The notes under the pieces are model-generated. The model saw nothing but the letters and a program-made list of their open reading frames with translations, made no database searches and was not told the DNA's origin. Below, piece after piece: positions 48,987 through 62,515 of a DNA stretch of 64,000 bases (the first letter of the stretch is position 1; every line of letters starts with the position of its first letter). The translations under genes were made by a program, and so were the position numbers. Source of the DNA: Chara braunii (taxonomy: Eukaryota > Plantae > Charophyceae); NCBI GenBank assembly GCA_003427395.1, contig BFEA01000031.1, positions 2,745,770-2,809,769 on the forward strand. The letters are read 5' to 3'.

Positions 48987-51900
48987 ACCACCAGTACCTA
49001 CCGGTTGTTAAGGCCCGTGGCTCAGGCTACCGGTAGCCCGGTCATTCCCGAGCCTCGGACTTTATTGCCGAGCCTTGGACAACCGGTAGGACACGACGAA
49101 AAAAAAAAAAACATACAACATTCTGNNNNNNNNNNNNNNNNNNNNNNNNNNNNNNNNNNNNNNNNNNNNNNNNNNNNNNNNNNNNNNNNNNNNNNNNNNN
49201 NNNNNNNNNNNNNNNNNNNNNNNNNNNNNNNNNNNNNNNNNNNNNNNNNNNNNNNNNNNNNNNNNNNNNNNNNNNNNNNNNNNNNNNNNNNNNNNNNNNN
49301 NNNNNNNNNNNNNNNNNNNNNNNNNNNNNNNNNNNNNNNNNNNNNNNNNNNNNNNNNNNNNNNNNNNNNNNNNNNNNNNNNNNNNNNNNNNNNNNNNNNN
49401 NNNNNNNNNNNNNNNNNNNNNNNNNNNNNNNNNNNNNNNNNNNNNNNNNNNNNNNNNNNNNNNNNNNNNNNNNNNNNNNNNNNNNNNNNNNNNNNNNNNN
49501 NNNNNNNNNNNNNNNNNNNNNNNNNNNNNNNNNNNNNNNNNNNNNNNNNNNNNNNNNNNNNNNNNNNNNNNNNNNNNNNNNNNNNNNNNNNNNNNNNNNN
49601 NNNNNNNNNNNNNNNNNNNNNNNNNNNNNNNNNNNNNNNNNNNNNNNNNNNNNNNNNNNNNNNNNNNNNNNNNNNNNNNNNNNNNNNNNNNNNNNNNNNN
49701 NNNNNNNNNNNNNNNNNNNNNNNNNNNNNNNNNNNNNNNNNNNNNNNNNNNNNNNNNNNNNNNNNNNNNNNNNNNNNNNNNNNNNNNNNNNNNNNNNNNN
49801 NNNNNNNNNNNNNNNNNNNNNNNNNNNNNNNNNNNNNNNNNNNNNNNNNNNNTTCTTCCCCCCCTTCCCCCGACCCGCCGCGCCTGTTTGTTTTAGGCTG
49901 TTACTTTTCATTTTCGTCGTCGTATTTTTTTTTTTGTTTTGGGCCCCGTTTTTTTGGGATTACCGATCGCACGCCGGTGGGTACCCCGCGCGACGCGGCG
50001 CGTTAACGGCCGTGTCGATGTCGAGCGCATCGGTCCAGCACCGCACTAGGGCAGCGCGGGACCCTCCCGGCCGCGTCACGCAGTAGTTGGATTTTAAATC
50101 CTTTGTCGCGAATATACATGGAGCTTCCGCAAGCCGCTCCGGCCGAGTGCGCCAGCCATACCTCTCGCGAGCCCCTACGACAGGATAGGGCCTACGCGAG
50201 GCACGACTTACCTCCACTTTACGGGAGTTGTCACCTCCCTTCGGTGGGCGTATCCTTGTCGAGCTACCAATCCACAGTACGAAAGCTAATCAGTTGCAAT
50301 CGCAGAGGGGAACCAGCCGAGGGCGTTTCTCGTTCGTTGTAGCATAGGGGATACGCGCGGTAGTACGCCTCTATCGGACCCGCACGCGAACAAACATCTT
50401 GGGGGGGCTGAGGTACCAAGCGTGGTTCATCGCTGGTCGACTAGGACACATCCCGCACACCACACGCACACCACTTTACAAACACAAAAATAAAACACAC
50501 CCACACACACGAAACGACACAACACAAACAACGCAACAACGCTCCTAGCCCCTCGGTAGCCAACCCATAACTTTCCAATGCGGAAATCAAATAGGCGTCG
50601 CGCGCAAGACTTAGTATAAAACCGCGCGGACGCAGGACTAACTCATATCGATTCGCAAATGCAAGCACTCGCAACGATGGCGTACTATGTAGTACCCATA
50701 CTCATGCGGTCTTCGTTAATCTCGAGGGTCGCATTCGACACTCAAGTGTCGGCTAACACGCGCCTTGAGGGTTAATCTCTCGACGCTGGACAATCGCCAT
50801 GCGCGGTTGAAAACCACACACCCTTTTCTGCACTCTGTGCACGCTGTGCACTCTGTACACAGTGGGTGGTACAGAGGTTCATACTTGTAGTGGCAGTCGT
50901 TTCCTTCGGCCCTGGGGATGAGTCTCACTCCAGGCCGTGGGCGAAAGTCAAGGGGTTTGACTTTGACGGCTGCCACGGACTACAACGTCCAACAATACAA
51001 CTCTAAAAAGCAAGGGTAAAAAGGGAATCCCCCTTTTTTCTCAAACACATAATTTGTTTGACCCTTATGCACAATTACCGTTGGCCTCTCAAACACTCAG
51101 GGCACTCATGAATATATGGGGGTTGGTTATATAGGACGATCACTTCTCACAGTCACAGTGAGGCTCCTCTCAGCCATATATGTATGTAATCGCAGGCAAT
51201 CACATCCAGAACCCGGACCACAATCATACCTGCAATCACAACAGAGATTCAACCAGAAATCCACACGCTACACGAGGTCAACTTCGACCATTTTCTGTAC
51301 TCACACCCCTTGCTTTAGCCGTGCAATCCTCAACCTCAGCGCAACCTCCCCGCAATAAAAATACTCAGTATCTTTGTTAAATGACCATTCAATAAAGTCT
51401 GGGTAAAAACACAACAAAACAAATAAACCACAGGGCTAAAGCTTTTAGGTTGAGTGGCAGGAGTGAATTGGAGTTGAATCGTAAACCGACGAATCGGCAA
51501 CCGACCTGTTATCAGTGATAACAAAAGAAGACTCTTAAGGGGTCAAGCTTAATCTAGTCCAATTCTTGAATCAGATCGATCAAGAAGACCTGTAACACAT
51601 GACAGGTCAATGCCCCAGGCTAAACCTATAAGTCCATGGAGAACAATCTCCATATCATGATCTCACCAAAATCATCCTAGTTAACTATATCTAAGCCTAC
51701 CTCTAAGCAAGTGCCCAAAGAAAGGTAGAGTCATGGCAAAATCTCACCTATTCAGAGTGGACTGCCAGAATCACCACCAGTCAAAATATAATCTATCTCT
51801 TCTAAATTAAAAAAATTTCGGCAGCGCTTCCCGTAGGAAAAGTGTCTTTCAAGAATTTACGTAAGTCAATATATGAAAGCAGAAATAATCTCTAACTCTG

Positions 51901-54900
51901 GAAAGTCAAAATCTGTCTAACTCCCTGAATTGGTAGAAATTTGGGCAGAATTCCCTTTAGAAAGGGAGATTTCCCAGATTTATACTAAGTCGGATATGAA
52001 CTCAGAAGACAACTTGAGTTCAACTCAGACAAGATTTAGCTAACTCCTTAGTTTTGCAGAAATTTTGGCAGCACCCCCTCTAGAAAAGTGTTATTCCAAA
52101 ATTCATACAAGGCTAAGTCAAAATTTGAAAACAACTTTGATTTCTCAAAGTTCAATTTTGTCTAACTCCCTGAATTAGCAAAAAATTGGGTAGCACTCCC
52201 TTTAAAAAATGAGACTTCCTTGATTTTAACTAAGTCAGATATGAGAAAAGACAAAGTTGAGCTTTTGACATGCCAAAAGTCAGATATGAGAAAAGACAAA
52301 GTTGAACTTTTGACATGCCAAAATTCAACTAACTCCTTGGATTTGTAGAAATTTCGGCAGCGCTTCCCGTAGGGATAGTGACTTGCCTAAATTTATACAA
52401 AGCAAAGTATAAGAAAAGATCTCAGAAAATGCAAAAATTGACCTAAGTAAAAAAAGCTACCACAGAAAATGCAGGAATTGACACTAACTCCTATGACTCT
52501 AGCACGTGGCGAGCAATTAAAGCAACTACCTATCAACCTGAAACTCAGACTAAGTAGTGGCCTCACTCAGTCACATGCATGCCATACCACAAAGGTAAGT
52601 ACTCTCACCAATCCCAAGTTAACCTGAACAAACAATAGTTCATGATCTCTCAATGATTTAACCCATTATACCCAGGTTACATAAGACATAGGTCAGGCCG
52701 CCTGAACTTACAAAGCGCACCCAACTTAGTCAGGCCTAGAGTCAGAATACCTAAGCTTATAGAGCGTTCTGACTTGGCCAAATATACACAAACAGAGAGC
52801 ACAACTACTTTTTTCTTCTTTGGGCATATGACTAGACCACTCTAGTCGCCCTGGACTATTTAAAGTATCCAAGTTATATGTACTTATCTTCGCCTTTGTC
52901 TTCTAAGGCTGCATATGGCTGAGCTAACTTAAGTTCAGTCTGCCCCAGTTTACCACCAGTTTTATTCTTAGTTATACTCTCTTCAAGCTGTGATACGGCT
53001 ATAGTCAGACCACCTAAACTTATAGAACAGTCTGATTAGCTCATTCTTAGATAATATAGTAGTAAAGTATAGCCAAGTTATAACCATTGGGTTCCGGCAT
53101 GTGCGAGGCTTTGAGCCAGACCCCCTGAACTTACAAAAAGGTCTAACTCTCTGCCAGATTCGTTTTTATCTGAGCCATTATGTGTGTGGCATCGAGTCAA
53201 ACCCCCTGAACTTACAGAAGGGTCTGCCTCTTTGCCAAGATTATTTCTTCAGAATAAAGAGCAGGAAGGGACAGAGCCACCTGAACTTACAGAACAGCTC
53301 GGTCCCCTCGTTCAAAAATCAAAGAAACAAGTAAAATCCCAATGAAAACAAGGCAACCCAAGGCACCAAAACTTATTGAGTGCCCTGAGTCCCTGAAAAT
53401 CAAGGCCACCTGAACTTACAGAACAGCCTGACCCTCCATGCAGACCATATCACTAGGTCTCCCCAAACTTATGGGGACATCCCAGCCTTCAGAGTAATCA
53501 GACCCCCTAAACTTATAGAAGGGTCTGACTTCTCCATGCAAAACCAAAATAAAACAAAGCACTGGGGTTCCCCAAACTTATGGGGACTCCCCGACCTTAA
53601 TGACCCGGTCAATCATCATATAAATCCTCCCATCATTCTACCCTTCCCTGATGCAGTTCTTTTCAACAATCTGACTTCATACAATCAACAAAACTAAAAT
53701 TGAGACTTAACCAGACATTCCTTTATTTAGTATTGTTCAGTGTCCTGAAAGTCAAACCAAAAATAGAGTAAGGCTGCACGTCATATATTCAGTCAGCGAT
53801 GCAATAGGTATTACCGATAGGGGTTATATCTGGGTTTATAGAGGGGAAAGTAATGATTACCTGTAGGTTCCCTGCCTCCAGAACTCCTCCCGAGTTCCGG
53901 CAGAGCTCCCGCAATCGATGGGTGGACTCCCCACAAAGTCTTGATGCGGACCTACGGGTTGTAATCCCGCCTGCCGCCTTCCTCTCATAACCAGCAGACT
54001 AGACTTAGAGTGAGAAAGGCAGGTAGATATAATTTTAAGACTCTCAGATACAAGAGGGGTGCACTCAGACTCGTGCGAGAGGGTCTTGTTTCCTTCACTC
54101 GCCTGAGGGCCCCGCAATGATGGCAAAAAAATCAGCAGCTCGGTCAAACTTGGATCACCTTGCTGAATCAACTCTCCGTTGGCGACCCTCCAGTTCGTAG
54201 CAACACCCCCCCCCCCTCTTTCAAGCGCGCTCTCTTTTCTAAGTCTCAGTACCTCCCCTCTGCCCGCTCGTGGCCACCCAACATCTTGTAGCAGTCTTTC
54301 AGCCGCAGCAGCGGCAGATGGCGGCGGTCAACAGTAACAGTAGCGGCAGCCAACAGCAGCCGCCCTCAGCCGCAGTCTGTGCCCGGCCAATCAGCGACAG
54401 CAGTTGTGCACGGTAACGATCACCAATGGCAACCAACGCTCTATGGCATCGTACATAGTCCACAATCGTAGTGGCAGCGCACAGGCGAACAACAGTGCCC
54501 AATATGCAGCAGCAGATCGGGCCGCCCACAACAATGAACGGCAATCAGCAGCGGTCAACGGGTAACTCTCCAACTGTTAACTTCCTGGTGATTCTTTCAC
54601 CCGCACCAGGACTCTCCTCCTTCGAGGAGCTCCGCTACTCCGCAGGGCTTTCGAAATCCGAACTATGTCGCCCGTATTCTGAACTATGTCGCCCGTATCC
54701 CAAGGCGCGGGCTGCTTTTCCAATACACGACCCTCTCCCCTTCTGCAACAATGCACCAGTATGGCTCGACTAGCCGCCCGTGTGCAACACGCCAATCCAC
54801 ACCCGACTGACCTCCTAATGCTCTTGTTTCTCCCCTTATTCTTACTCTTTCTCCCCGGCCCGTGCTAGCTCACTGTCAACGGGGTGCTTGAATGAAGTCC

Positions 54901-57900
54901 CCCCCCCCACTTATGTATTCTCCCACCTCACCGTTGTTGTCGACCCTGTGCAGGTAAGTACTCGCTCCCTCTTCCGGCTGCGAACCGCATGCTTCTACTG
55001 CACAGGCTGTAAACAGTCCTCGCCCGCCTTACTGGCCGTGACCGGCTCGCTCTAACTCTCCCGCTCTCTCTAACCCTGTCTCTATGCACTTCTAGCCGTC
55101 GTATCCAGCCATCACTTACCCTCGTAGGACATGACTATCTTGCCGCAGTTACTCCATTCTATCACGAGCCTGTAAACCACCAGTTTCACATAGACACGAA
55201 TTGGGCAGACCGTCCGCGTGCAGAGCAAGGAGCTTGCACAAAGGTCATTTGGAAAAGTACGTACACCATCCTTTGTCGTACTTGCTGCTACGTAGGCCGG
55301 CCTCACAACTTATCACTCAGATTCCAGCCTGACAAATCCTCTCCCCTCTCAGTTGGACTCTCATCGTTAGTTTGGCTTGTTGAATAATCGTCGACCACTA
55401 AGCAAATTGCGACCGTCGCCCGACTGTCGGCTCCTTGACTCGTAGTCCTGCCTGATGAGGTACGTACTTACTCCCCCACTTCTATCATGCCTCTCTCCCT
55501 CACATATAGCAACGGGAGGAAAGGTAACAATATACATATATATATATATAAGAAAACAAAGAATGAATCTTTATGCTAGAACACGGAGAAATACACTTCC
55601 CTCCTGCCGTTTATCCCCTCGCGCAGCTCCTACCGCTCACCCCCGCCACCAGATCCGACCCCGCCATTATGTTCGCATTCTCCCCAAACCCCCATTCGTT
55701 TAGGAAAGAGTAAATTGCGCGTTTCTCTTCTCTCTCTCCAGTCGCCTCCGCCATCTCCAGCGCAAGCTTTCTTCTTCTAACTTCTAGTCCTACTGATCTA
55801 TCGCCAGATCTAACCACGTATTCGGTTGCGCTGGCCCAAAAAAACCCCTCGTAGTATCTGCTCCCGCCCGATTTCATCAAGGGACGGGTGGGATATAGCT
55901 TTTTCCCTTCCTTCCATATCTCCCCGCAGTGGCTCTTTCAACTAACTCCTAATTTACTAACCTATCGGTCGAACTAACCTCTCCATCATCCTCGCGATCC
56001 CCGAAAACCCCGATCTCACTTCTTCCTCCACCCGAACCGGTCCACTGTGGAGCGAACTCCATACCTCCTACTGCGCCCAGCCCTTCGCCTGCCATTGTCG
56101 TTCCTTCCAAATGAACCCGGCGCGGAAACGCGGCCGGGTTCATTCCCTCCGCCACTTCTTCGTCCGGCTCCCTCCGCTGCTGCTCGTCGCCCCCGGTCAG
56201 TGCGCCTATTACTCCCCTGCCTCTCTCCTCTTTACTGCCTCGTCAACCTCGCCCCTACCGTTAGCGTCACACCGACATTGCGTCCGTCATCACTATGGCT
56301 CCCTTCACCGCTGCGCCCCTTCCTCCTGGGCATGCACCCGGCCTGGTCCCAACTCATCTGCCCCTCACCGGCCAGAATCGTTGTCTTCTCCCAGCTGCTA
56401 GCGCAGCAACCAGCCACAGCGGACCTACAACGCCGAGCGCTGTTTTGACGGCGACTTGGCCCGTCCATACTACGATCGCGTTCCTCCCCCTCGCTCAATG
56501 TTAGCACCCGCCACTCCACCCGCTATCATGCTGTGCTGCCCGGCCAGCCCTTCCGCCGCTGCCTACTTCCTCGTAGCCTCTGTTTTCCAACACCGCGCCG
56601 TTCTTGCCCGCATGCATCCTACACCGGATCCCGCCCAGATCCGGCCGCCTGTTTTTACCTCCCCGTCGGCTTCGCTTTCCCCTCTAACATTCCACTCTTC
56701 CGACTACGCTGCCGGGAGGCAGTGCTCGATCGCGGAAGGCCCTGCAGCTTGATCGATCGGCTCTACTCCCTGCCCCGCTGTACCCCGGCTGAGCAGCCCC
56801 CCCCCCCCCTTTTGGAACCCCAACGGGCAGCCCATATACAGGCAATCAGCCACAGAGTCGGGGGCGCGGCCCTACTACAGCCTGTAGCGTGAGCCTTGGT
56901 GACAGGCCGCGTCGCGGATCTTAGTGGTAGTAGCAGTTATCCAAGTAAGAACTTTTGACGACCGAAGGGGGGAAGAGCCCCCGGTGAACAGCCTCCGCGA
57001 CCTTTACTGTTGCGGGCCTCCGCGCGGTGCCCGCCTATGCCCTGATATAGTTCTTGTCTTCCCAGGCCCCAACAGCACGCTCACAATCAAAACTTTCTCA
57101 GTAGATCATGGTTGGCGGGTGGTGCATCTGCAGCCACCCCGCCACTCTACCGCTTTCGCGGGCTAACCATCCATCGGACTACATACACGTCAGAATTCCT
57201 CGGTCCGTATTTCAACGATGGCGGAATAGGGGACTTTCGCCAGCATCCCAAGTATGTAAGAACCCATGGGTCAACCCACGGAAGCGCCCGCTCGAGGTCC
57301 TCGACCGCCGCGACGGCCTCGAAGTCTACCGCCCCGCTTGAGTCAAGGAGCGCCGGAGCAAAAATAATTAATACAACAACAATAAAAATCTATTCATAAA
57401 TTTTTTAAATGTCAGAATACGGTAAACGAGAAAAAGGGACCGCTGGTACCGCTCTGATGTTGCCGATGGTAACACCAAGGGGGATAGCCCTGCCGGACCC
57501 TTCGCGCTATTCTGAAGTTTCTGCGCCGCCGCCACTCGACCTCGATCCCTGAATCTCCGTGACGAAAGTCTGATACCGTAACCAATGGCGCTAAGCCTCA
57601 ATCTGGGTCTAGCTCTGGCGGACGTCTAAATAACCAGCCACCGCGCGACGAGCGGGTCTACCGAAACGCTTTCAGAAGTCACTCTGTTGTCGATGCCGTC
57701 CTCCGTGCGTACGCATGGGTCACAGGTAAGTGCATTAATCAAACGACAAAAAAATATTTAATCTTAGTTTAATCAAAATTTAAAATTTGGTCGGCGCCCA
57801 CGCCGACTCTTCAGTCATCAAAGATAAAAATCACGCGCGCCTCGAGCCTGCGCGCCCACATACTCATTGCTTTAGTCAACTATCTCGCCAATGTAAACCT

Positions 57901-58042
57901 CAGACTCAACCGTGCCTAGCGCGGTATACTTAAACTTTAAACCAAAACTATTTTCTGTCACTTGCAAAAAACAAGGCAGATACCCTTGTAAGGGTATTCG
58001 CACCAACATCGATTTCTTCAAGCAGGGAGAGGTACTGGTGGT
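48987..58042. mobile_element. TTAA-targeted TIR element inserted in LINE RT, expanded by internal insertion(s)
   Basis: 13-bp TIR ACCACCAGTACCT (48987-48999) / AGGTACTGGTGGT (58030-58042). TTAA at 48983-48986 and 58043-58046. Excision restores DFEKTYDHVNWMFLD. Confidence 0.85.
49853..58008. mobile_element. Large non-coding LTR-like / LARD-like segment
   Basis: Ends ...GCACCAACA at 58008. Internal arrays (CTAACTCC, AAATTTCGGCAGCGC, CCTGAACTTAC). Shares a structured region with 9045-10010. No convincing ORF. The other end is probably in the gap. Confidence 0.5.
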
Positions 58043-58046
58043 TTAA

Positions 58047-59720
58047 CATGGTCATATGTTTTTTCAAAGTCGGCAAAGATAAAGGTTGCGTTATGCTTGA
58101 TTGTCTTGTGACATTGATTAATTTATTAATAAAAAGAATGTTATCTTTTATATTTCTTTTTGTGATGAGTATGAGCTGGACAAATGATATCTGAGATTAC
58201 TTTAGTTAGTATATCAACTAGGACTTTAGCTACTATCTTGTCGACTACTGTGAGGAGGGTAATAGGCATGTTGTTACGTTTATTGGTTTTGCCTCCTTTT
58301 TTGTATATCAAGGTAAGTAACCCTTGACTTACTATTTCTCCCATATTACATGAGATCCAATTGCCCAGTAAAAATTCATTAAGTCCTGAGAGAGTATGTC
58401 CCACATGCTTCCCGAAAATTCCTTTGGTAAATCATCTATACCTGTCTTTTTTTTCGTCCTCCATAAGGATCAAGGTCTTTCATACTTCTTATTTCATTAG
58501 TGGCTTCTCCATTTCTTCCTTTTCTAATTCTGAGATATTCTTTATAAGTGGTAGGATAAACTCATCTATTTCAGCTTCACGTTGGAGCCTAGGGATGTTA
58601 ACATTCTCAGATGTGAAAAGTTTTTTGAAAAAATCCCTCGTGATTATTGTGTTCGCAACGGTGAAAGTGTTTAGTGGTCCATCACTATCATTGGGGTCAG
58701 AAAGAGCTTTTATGGTAGTTTTGTCAATCCTAACCCTAACAATAGCAAAATACTTTTCATCCATTACTCCTTCCATTTGATGTCTTATGAGTTGTCCCCT
58801 GATTCTCATTCCTTGCCATCGATACTCCATATGTTTAAGTAGTTGACTCTCTAGGTGCTGAATTTTATTTGCTAAAATCTCTAAATTCAATCTCCACCTA
58901 TTGAAGATCATTAATTTTTTAATGGAGGTGAGCATCTTCTTGATGCCTTTGTTTTACCAGAGTTATGGAGTATTCACTGCATTTACGGTTTAGAAATGCT
59001 AGGTTGTTGTTGAACCACTTAACATCATCATTGATGAGCGGGTTTGGTGGTTTCCATAATTTCAACACATCACTCAGATACTGTATGGAACTCTCCATCT
59101 TGAGGTGAGATATGTTTAATTTATAATATCATTTACCTTGATCATTTTTTTTTTTGAATGAAAAAACCGTCATACATTGCATGATCTAATTCATGTAGAG
59201 GGCTGCATGAGAGGATACTAGCAAATTGTAGTGCTCCTTGCAACGCTTCTGAAACTAGGATGAAATCAATACGTAGTTTAAAACTTTGTCTGGATTGTTT
59301 TTTTGAGGCGAGGAAAGATATGAGAGGAAGGGTTTAAACGCCTGAAGGAGTCAAATAAATTAGCATTTTGACACAAATTAACAATGATGAGTTCATTCGT
59401 CTCAATATAGGTGGGACATTGGAGGGGATATGCCATCTATTCAAGTTGCGATTAGGGGCCGCGTTGAAATCACCAACAAGGGGCCATGTTGAAATCACCA
59501 ATGATGATTATGGGGATCCTAGTTCAAAGATGAGGGATGATTTCCTCAAAGAAATTTTGTTTTTCCCCCACATCACCCGGTCCATATATACAAAGAATGT
59601 TGATTACATCCAGTTCGAGTATTGCAATAATATATACTCATCTACCTTCCTGCTTATCAACATCCTAGTGTATGACGTCGACTTTGGATTCTGGTGGGAT
59701 CCATATTGCAACCTCTATGC
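58047..59720 (-). pseudogene. 5' half of the same LINE ORF2: APE endonuclease and RT N-terminus
   Basis: WPLVGDFNA (about 59460-59486), LRIDFILV (about 59255-59277), GLLTLIYKKG, PITLLTVVDKIVAKVL, IFADFEK. Confidence 0.85.
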
Positions 59721-59729
59721 TACCTGGTC

Positions 59730-61250
59730 TTGAGGCATGAGCCATGTGGTCATATTTCTTTATTGGTATGACTATGGTTATTTCTACTCATTACATGGGT
59801 CTCTTGTATACATGGGACATCATGCCAGGTTCTTCTATCAACCCCTCTGATTTGTTCATAAATAACATTTTTTTTATCTTGTTTGGCAAAGGCTATCCCA
59901 TTGACATTGAGAGACCGAAGGTAAGACCAAAATTAAAACCGTACTTTTCTAAAATTATCCCAATACATATTTATGATAATAAGAAGGAATGGACTCTAGA
60001 ATAGGGGGAGAAAGTCTGAATTTGGATTCACGTGTAAGGTGACGTCTTCTCCGTGGAATAAAATTATGACAACTTGGTACAAACTCAAACCACAACTGTT
60101 AAACGAACCTACAACCAACACTGAAGTGACCAACTATATGTTGTTCGGTAATGATGTTATCAAACAACAATCAAGTAGACCCTTTGAATCCTCTGACAAA
60201 CCCGAGAATTTTGGTTGCAGCTGGATAGAGAAGGATGATATTTTGGTAAAGTATATTTTGGAAACCAGTCTCAGCACTGGCTGTCCTCATAGGACTTGAG
60301 ACACAAACTCCCATGTTAGCACTTCGAGCTTCAAAGTTCAAAGCTTTATAAAAGGCTATACCACAACATTGGTTTCATCTTGTCAAGGAGGATGAAGAAA
60401 ACGCCATGAATACTTGGGTCTAGTCAAGTGCAAATAGCAACTGCATCCTAAGGATTGTGGGTCCCAACCTTAGAGAAGGAACGAAGGTGCAAGACTGGGT
60501 AATAGGACAACTAGTCAAAAAGGGGAGAAAATATTGTTACGAGTCTGAAGATGTCTACGTGTCAACAAGTGAACTCAGGGAAGTCAAAAGTTTGGGAACA
60601 AGAACAGCGGGGAGGAAAACAACTTGTCCCACTCGATATGGCAACTAAGAACTACAAGTTCGACCCCTTGTTATGTGGATGGACTAGGACCGTAGGAAGT
60701 GGTAAGCTCACTCATTTATTCAAGTGTGGTACCAAGGTGGGAGTTACTTGCGGGGATCCCGGAAACAAACTCCGCTTATAACAACAACTGACAGATTTGG
60801 CAGAAACCATGGCGATGAGGTTCCTGCCCAAGACTTCCTGAAGATTTGGAGTTTGATTAGAATAATCCCTTCATAAAGTAAGGCTAACCTAATGCGGACT
60901 CGGTCATTGCAAGTTACTACATCGCCACTATGATTGTCAATATGAGGCATGCATCTTAGTCTTAGTTGTTGTCGTTGGGTTGGAAATCGACGGAACACGT
61001 GTAAAGTTTTTGTCCCCTTGTTGATGAGATATGTGTGTGGTTGAAACACCACTGGCAAACTTTGACAGGTTCCTCCTGGGACTGGTCAAAGGACATGATA
61101 CTCTTTGGTACCCCCCCACAAGGTGCCAAACTCCAAGAAGATTGGGGCTATGCAGCTTTGTTCTATGTAGGTATATGCATGAAGGTTAGGGCTATTTCAA
61201 GAGATGGATTGAAGTTAAAATTAGAGTTGTTTCAAGAGATGGATTGGAGA
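59730..61250 (+). pseudogene. Highly decayed LINE ORF2 C-terminal region of a different family
   Basis: SPWNKIMTTWYKLKP and HHWQTLTGSSWDWSKDMILFG resemble post-RT LINE sequence. Many stops. Confidence 0.5.
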
Positions 61251-61559
61251 TAAATTTTAACTAACTCCTTTGAATTAGTAAAAAAACACAATGCAAGTAA
61301 ACTTGGGACACATTCTGGCACTTACTCAGTTGTCAGATCTAAAGATTCATTTCATGATACTTCTTTTGAGGTAGTATCACGAATCAGCTCTAACTTCAAC
61401 TCTCGGTAAGGCCACCCAACCTTATCCCAAGTTTTCTCTTCCATCCATCACTACTCTACCTATTGCTCAAACACTTGGCGAGCATCTAAGCAACTAGCTA
61501 TCAAAAAATGCCCCCAAAAGACAAACTCACAAAGCACACAAGTGAGCACAACATCTTCT

Positions 61560-62385
61560 CTCACCAACCTCGAGTTATTGTACCTGAACACATAGTTCAT
61601 TAAACTCTCAGTTTATCGAACCCCTTTACTCCTTTCTTACTTGTGGCATAGGATCATGTGCCTCAACTTAGGGATGCGTTTGACCTGCCTAAAGTATATG
61701 GCTAGCCCCCTCCAACTTAGAGGTATGTGTAGTTCGCATAAACAATATACATAAGGCATTTGCCTAAACAATTGACAAAAGAAGTATGGCTAGATCGCCC
61801 AAACTTAGGAATACGAGTACTCGGCCTAAACGATCGACATATGATAGTTGGACTCAGACCGTCCCAACTTCGGGGTGAGTCTTGTTTCTGCCTAAACAAC
61901 GACAAAATGACATAGGACTAGACCACCCCAACTTTTAAGTTAGGGATATGATTAGCCTGCCCACATAACTACATATTGTATAAATCTAAACCACTACAAT
62001 TTAGAGATATGGTTAGTCTGTCTGATAACAAACATACGGCGCAAGACTGGACACCCCAACTTAAGGATATGGATAACTTCCCCAATCACTAACGACATTT
62101 AACATGTAAGTTCATAACTTTTTTTTTTTCTTCCATCAAATGATCAGGCGTACCCATTTTAGGGAGACGTCCAATCTTGTCTTAGTTATATTTAATAAAC
62201 AACTTTTATATTAACTCTCTGCTTTTTATGTTAGTGCAGGCATAAGATTGAGTCACCCCAACTTAGAGGTTCATTCAATCTATCCGGGTTACCATTGAAT
62301 TTATACTATAGATTCACTTCTCTCTGTGTTTTTTTTCTACCTGGCTTATTGACTAGACCTCCCTACTTAGGGTGTCCAGTTTGTC
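61560..62385. repeat. Degenerate tandem array with CCCAACTTAG core
   Basis: Motif variants near 61662, 61711, 61798, 61863, 61927, 62055 and 62257. Confidence 0.65.
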
Positions 62386-62515
62386 AAACTATATATATGA
62401 AATATATATTATATATATATATAATATATAATATATAATATATGTATATATATATAATATAATATATATAATATATATATATAATATACATATAATATAT
62501 TATATATATATACAT

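Noticed and set aside
32332-50006. Long ORFs spanning N runs, and the poly-Thr/poly-Val ORFs at 44897-45455
   Set aside because: Artefacts of assembly gaps and the (ACA)n repeat.
51000-58008. LTR pair ending at about 51047 and 58008
   Set aside because: Similarity is limited to a few short words; no extended direct repeat.
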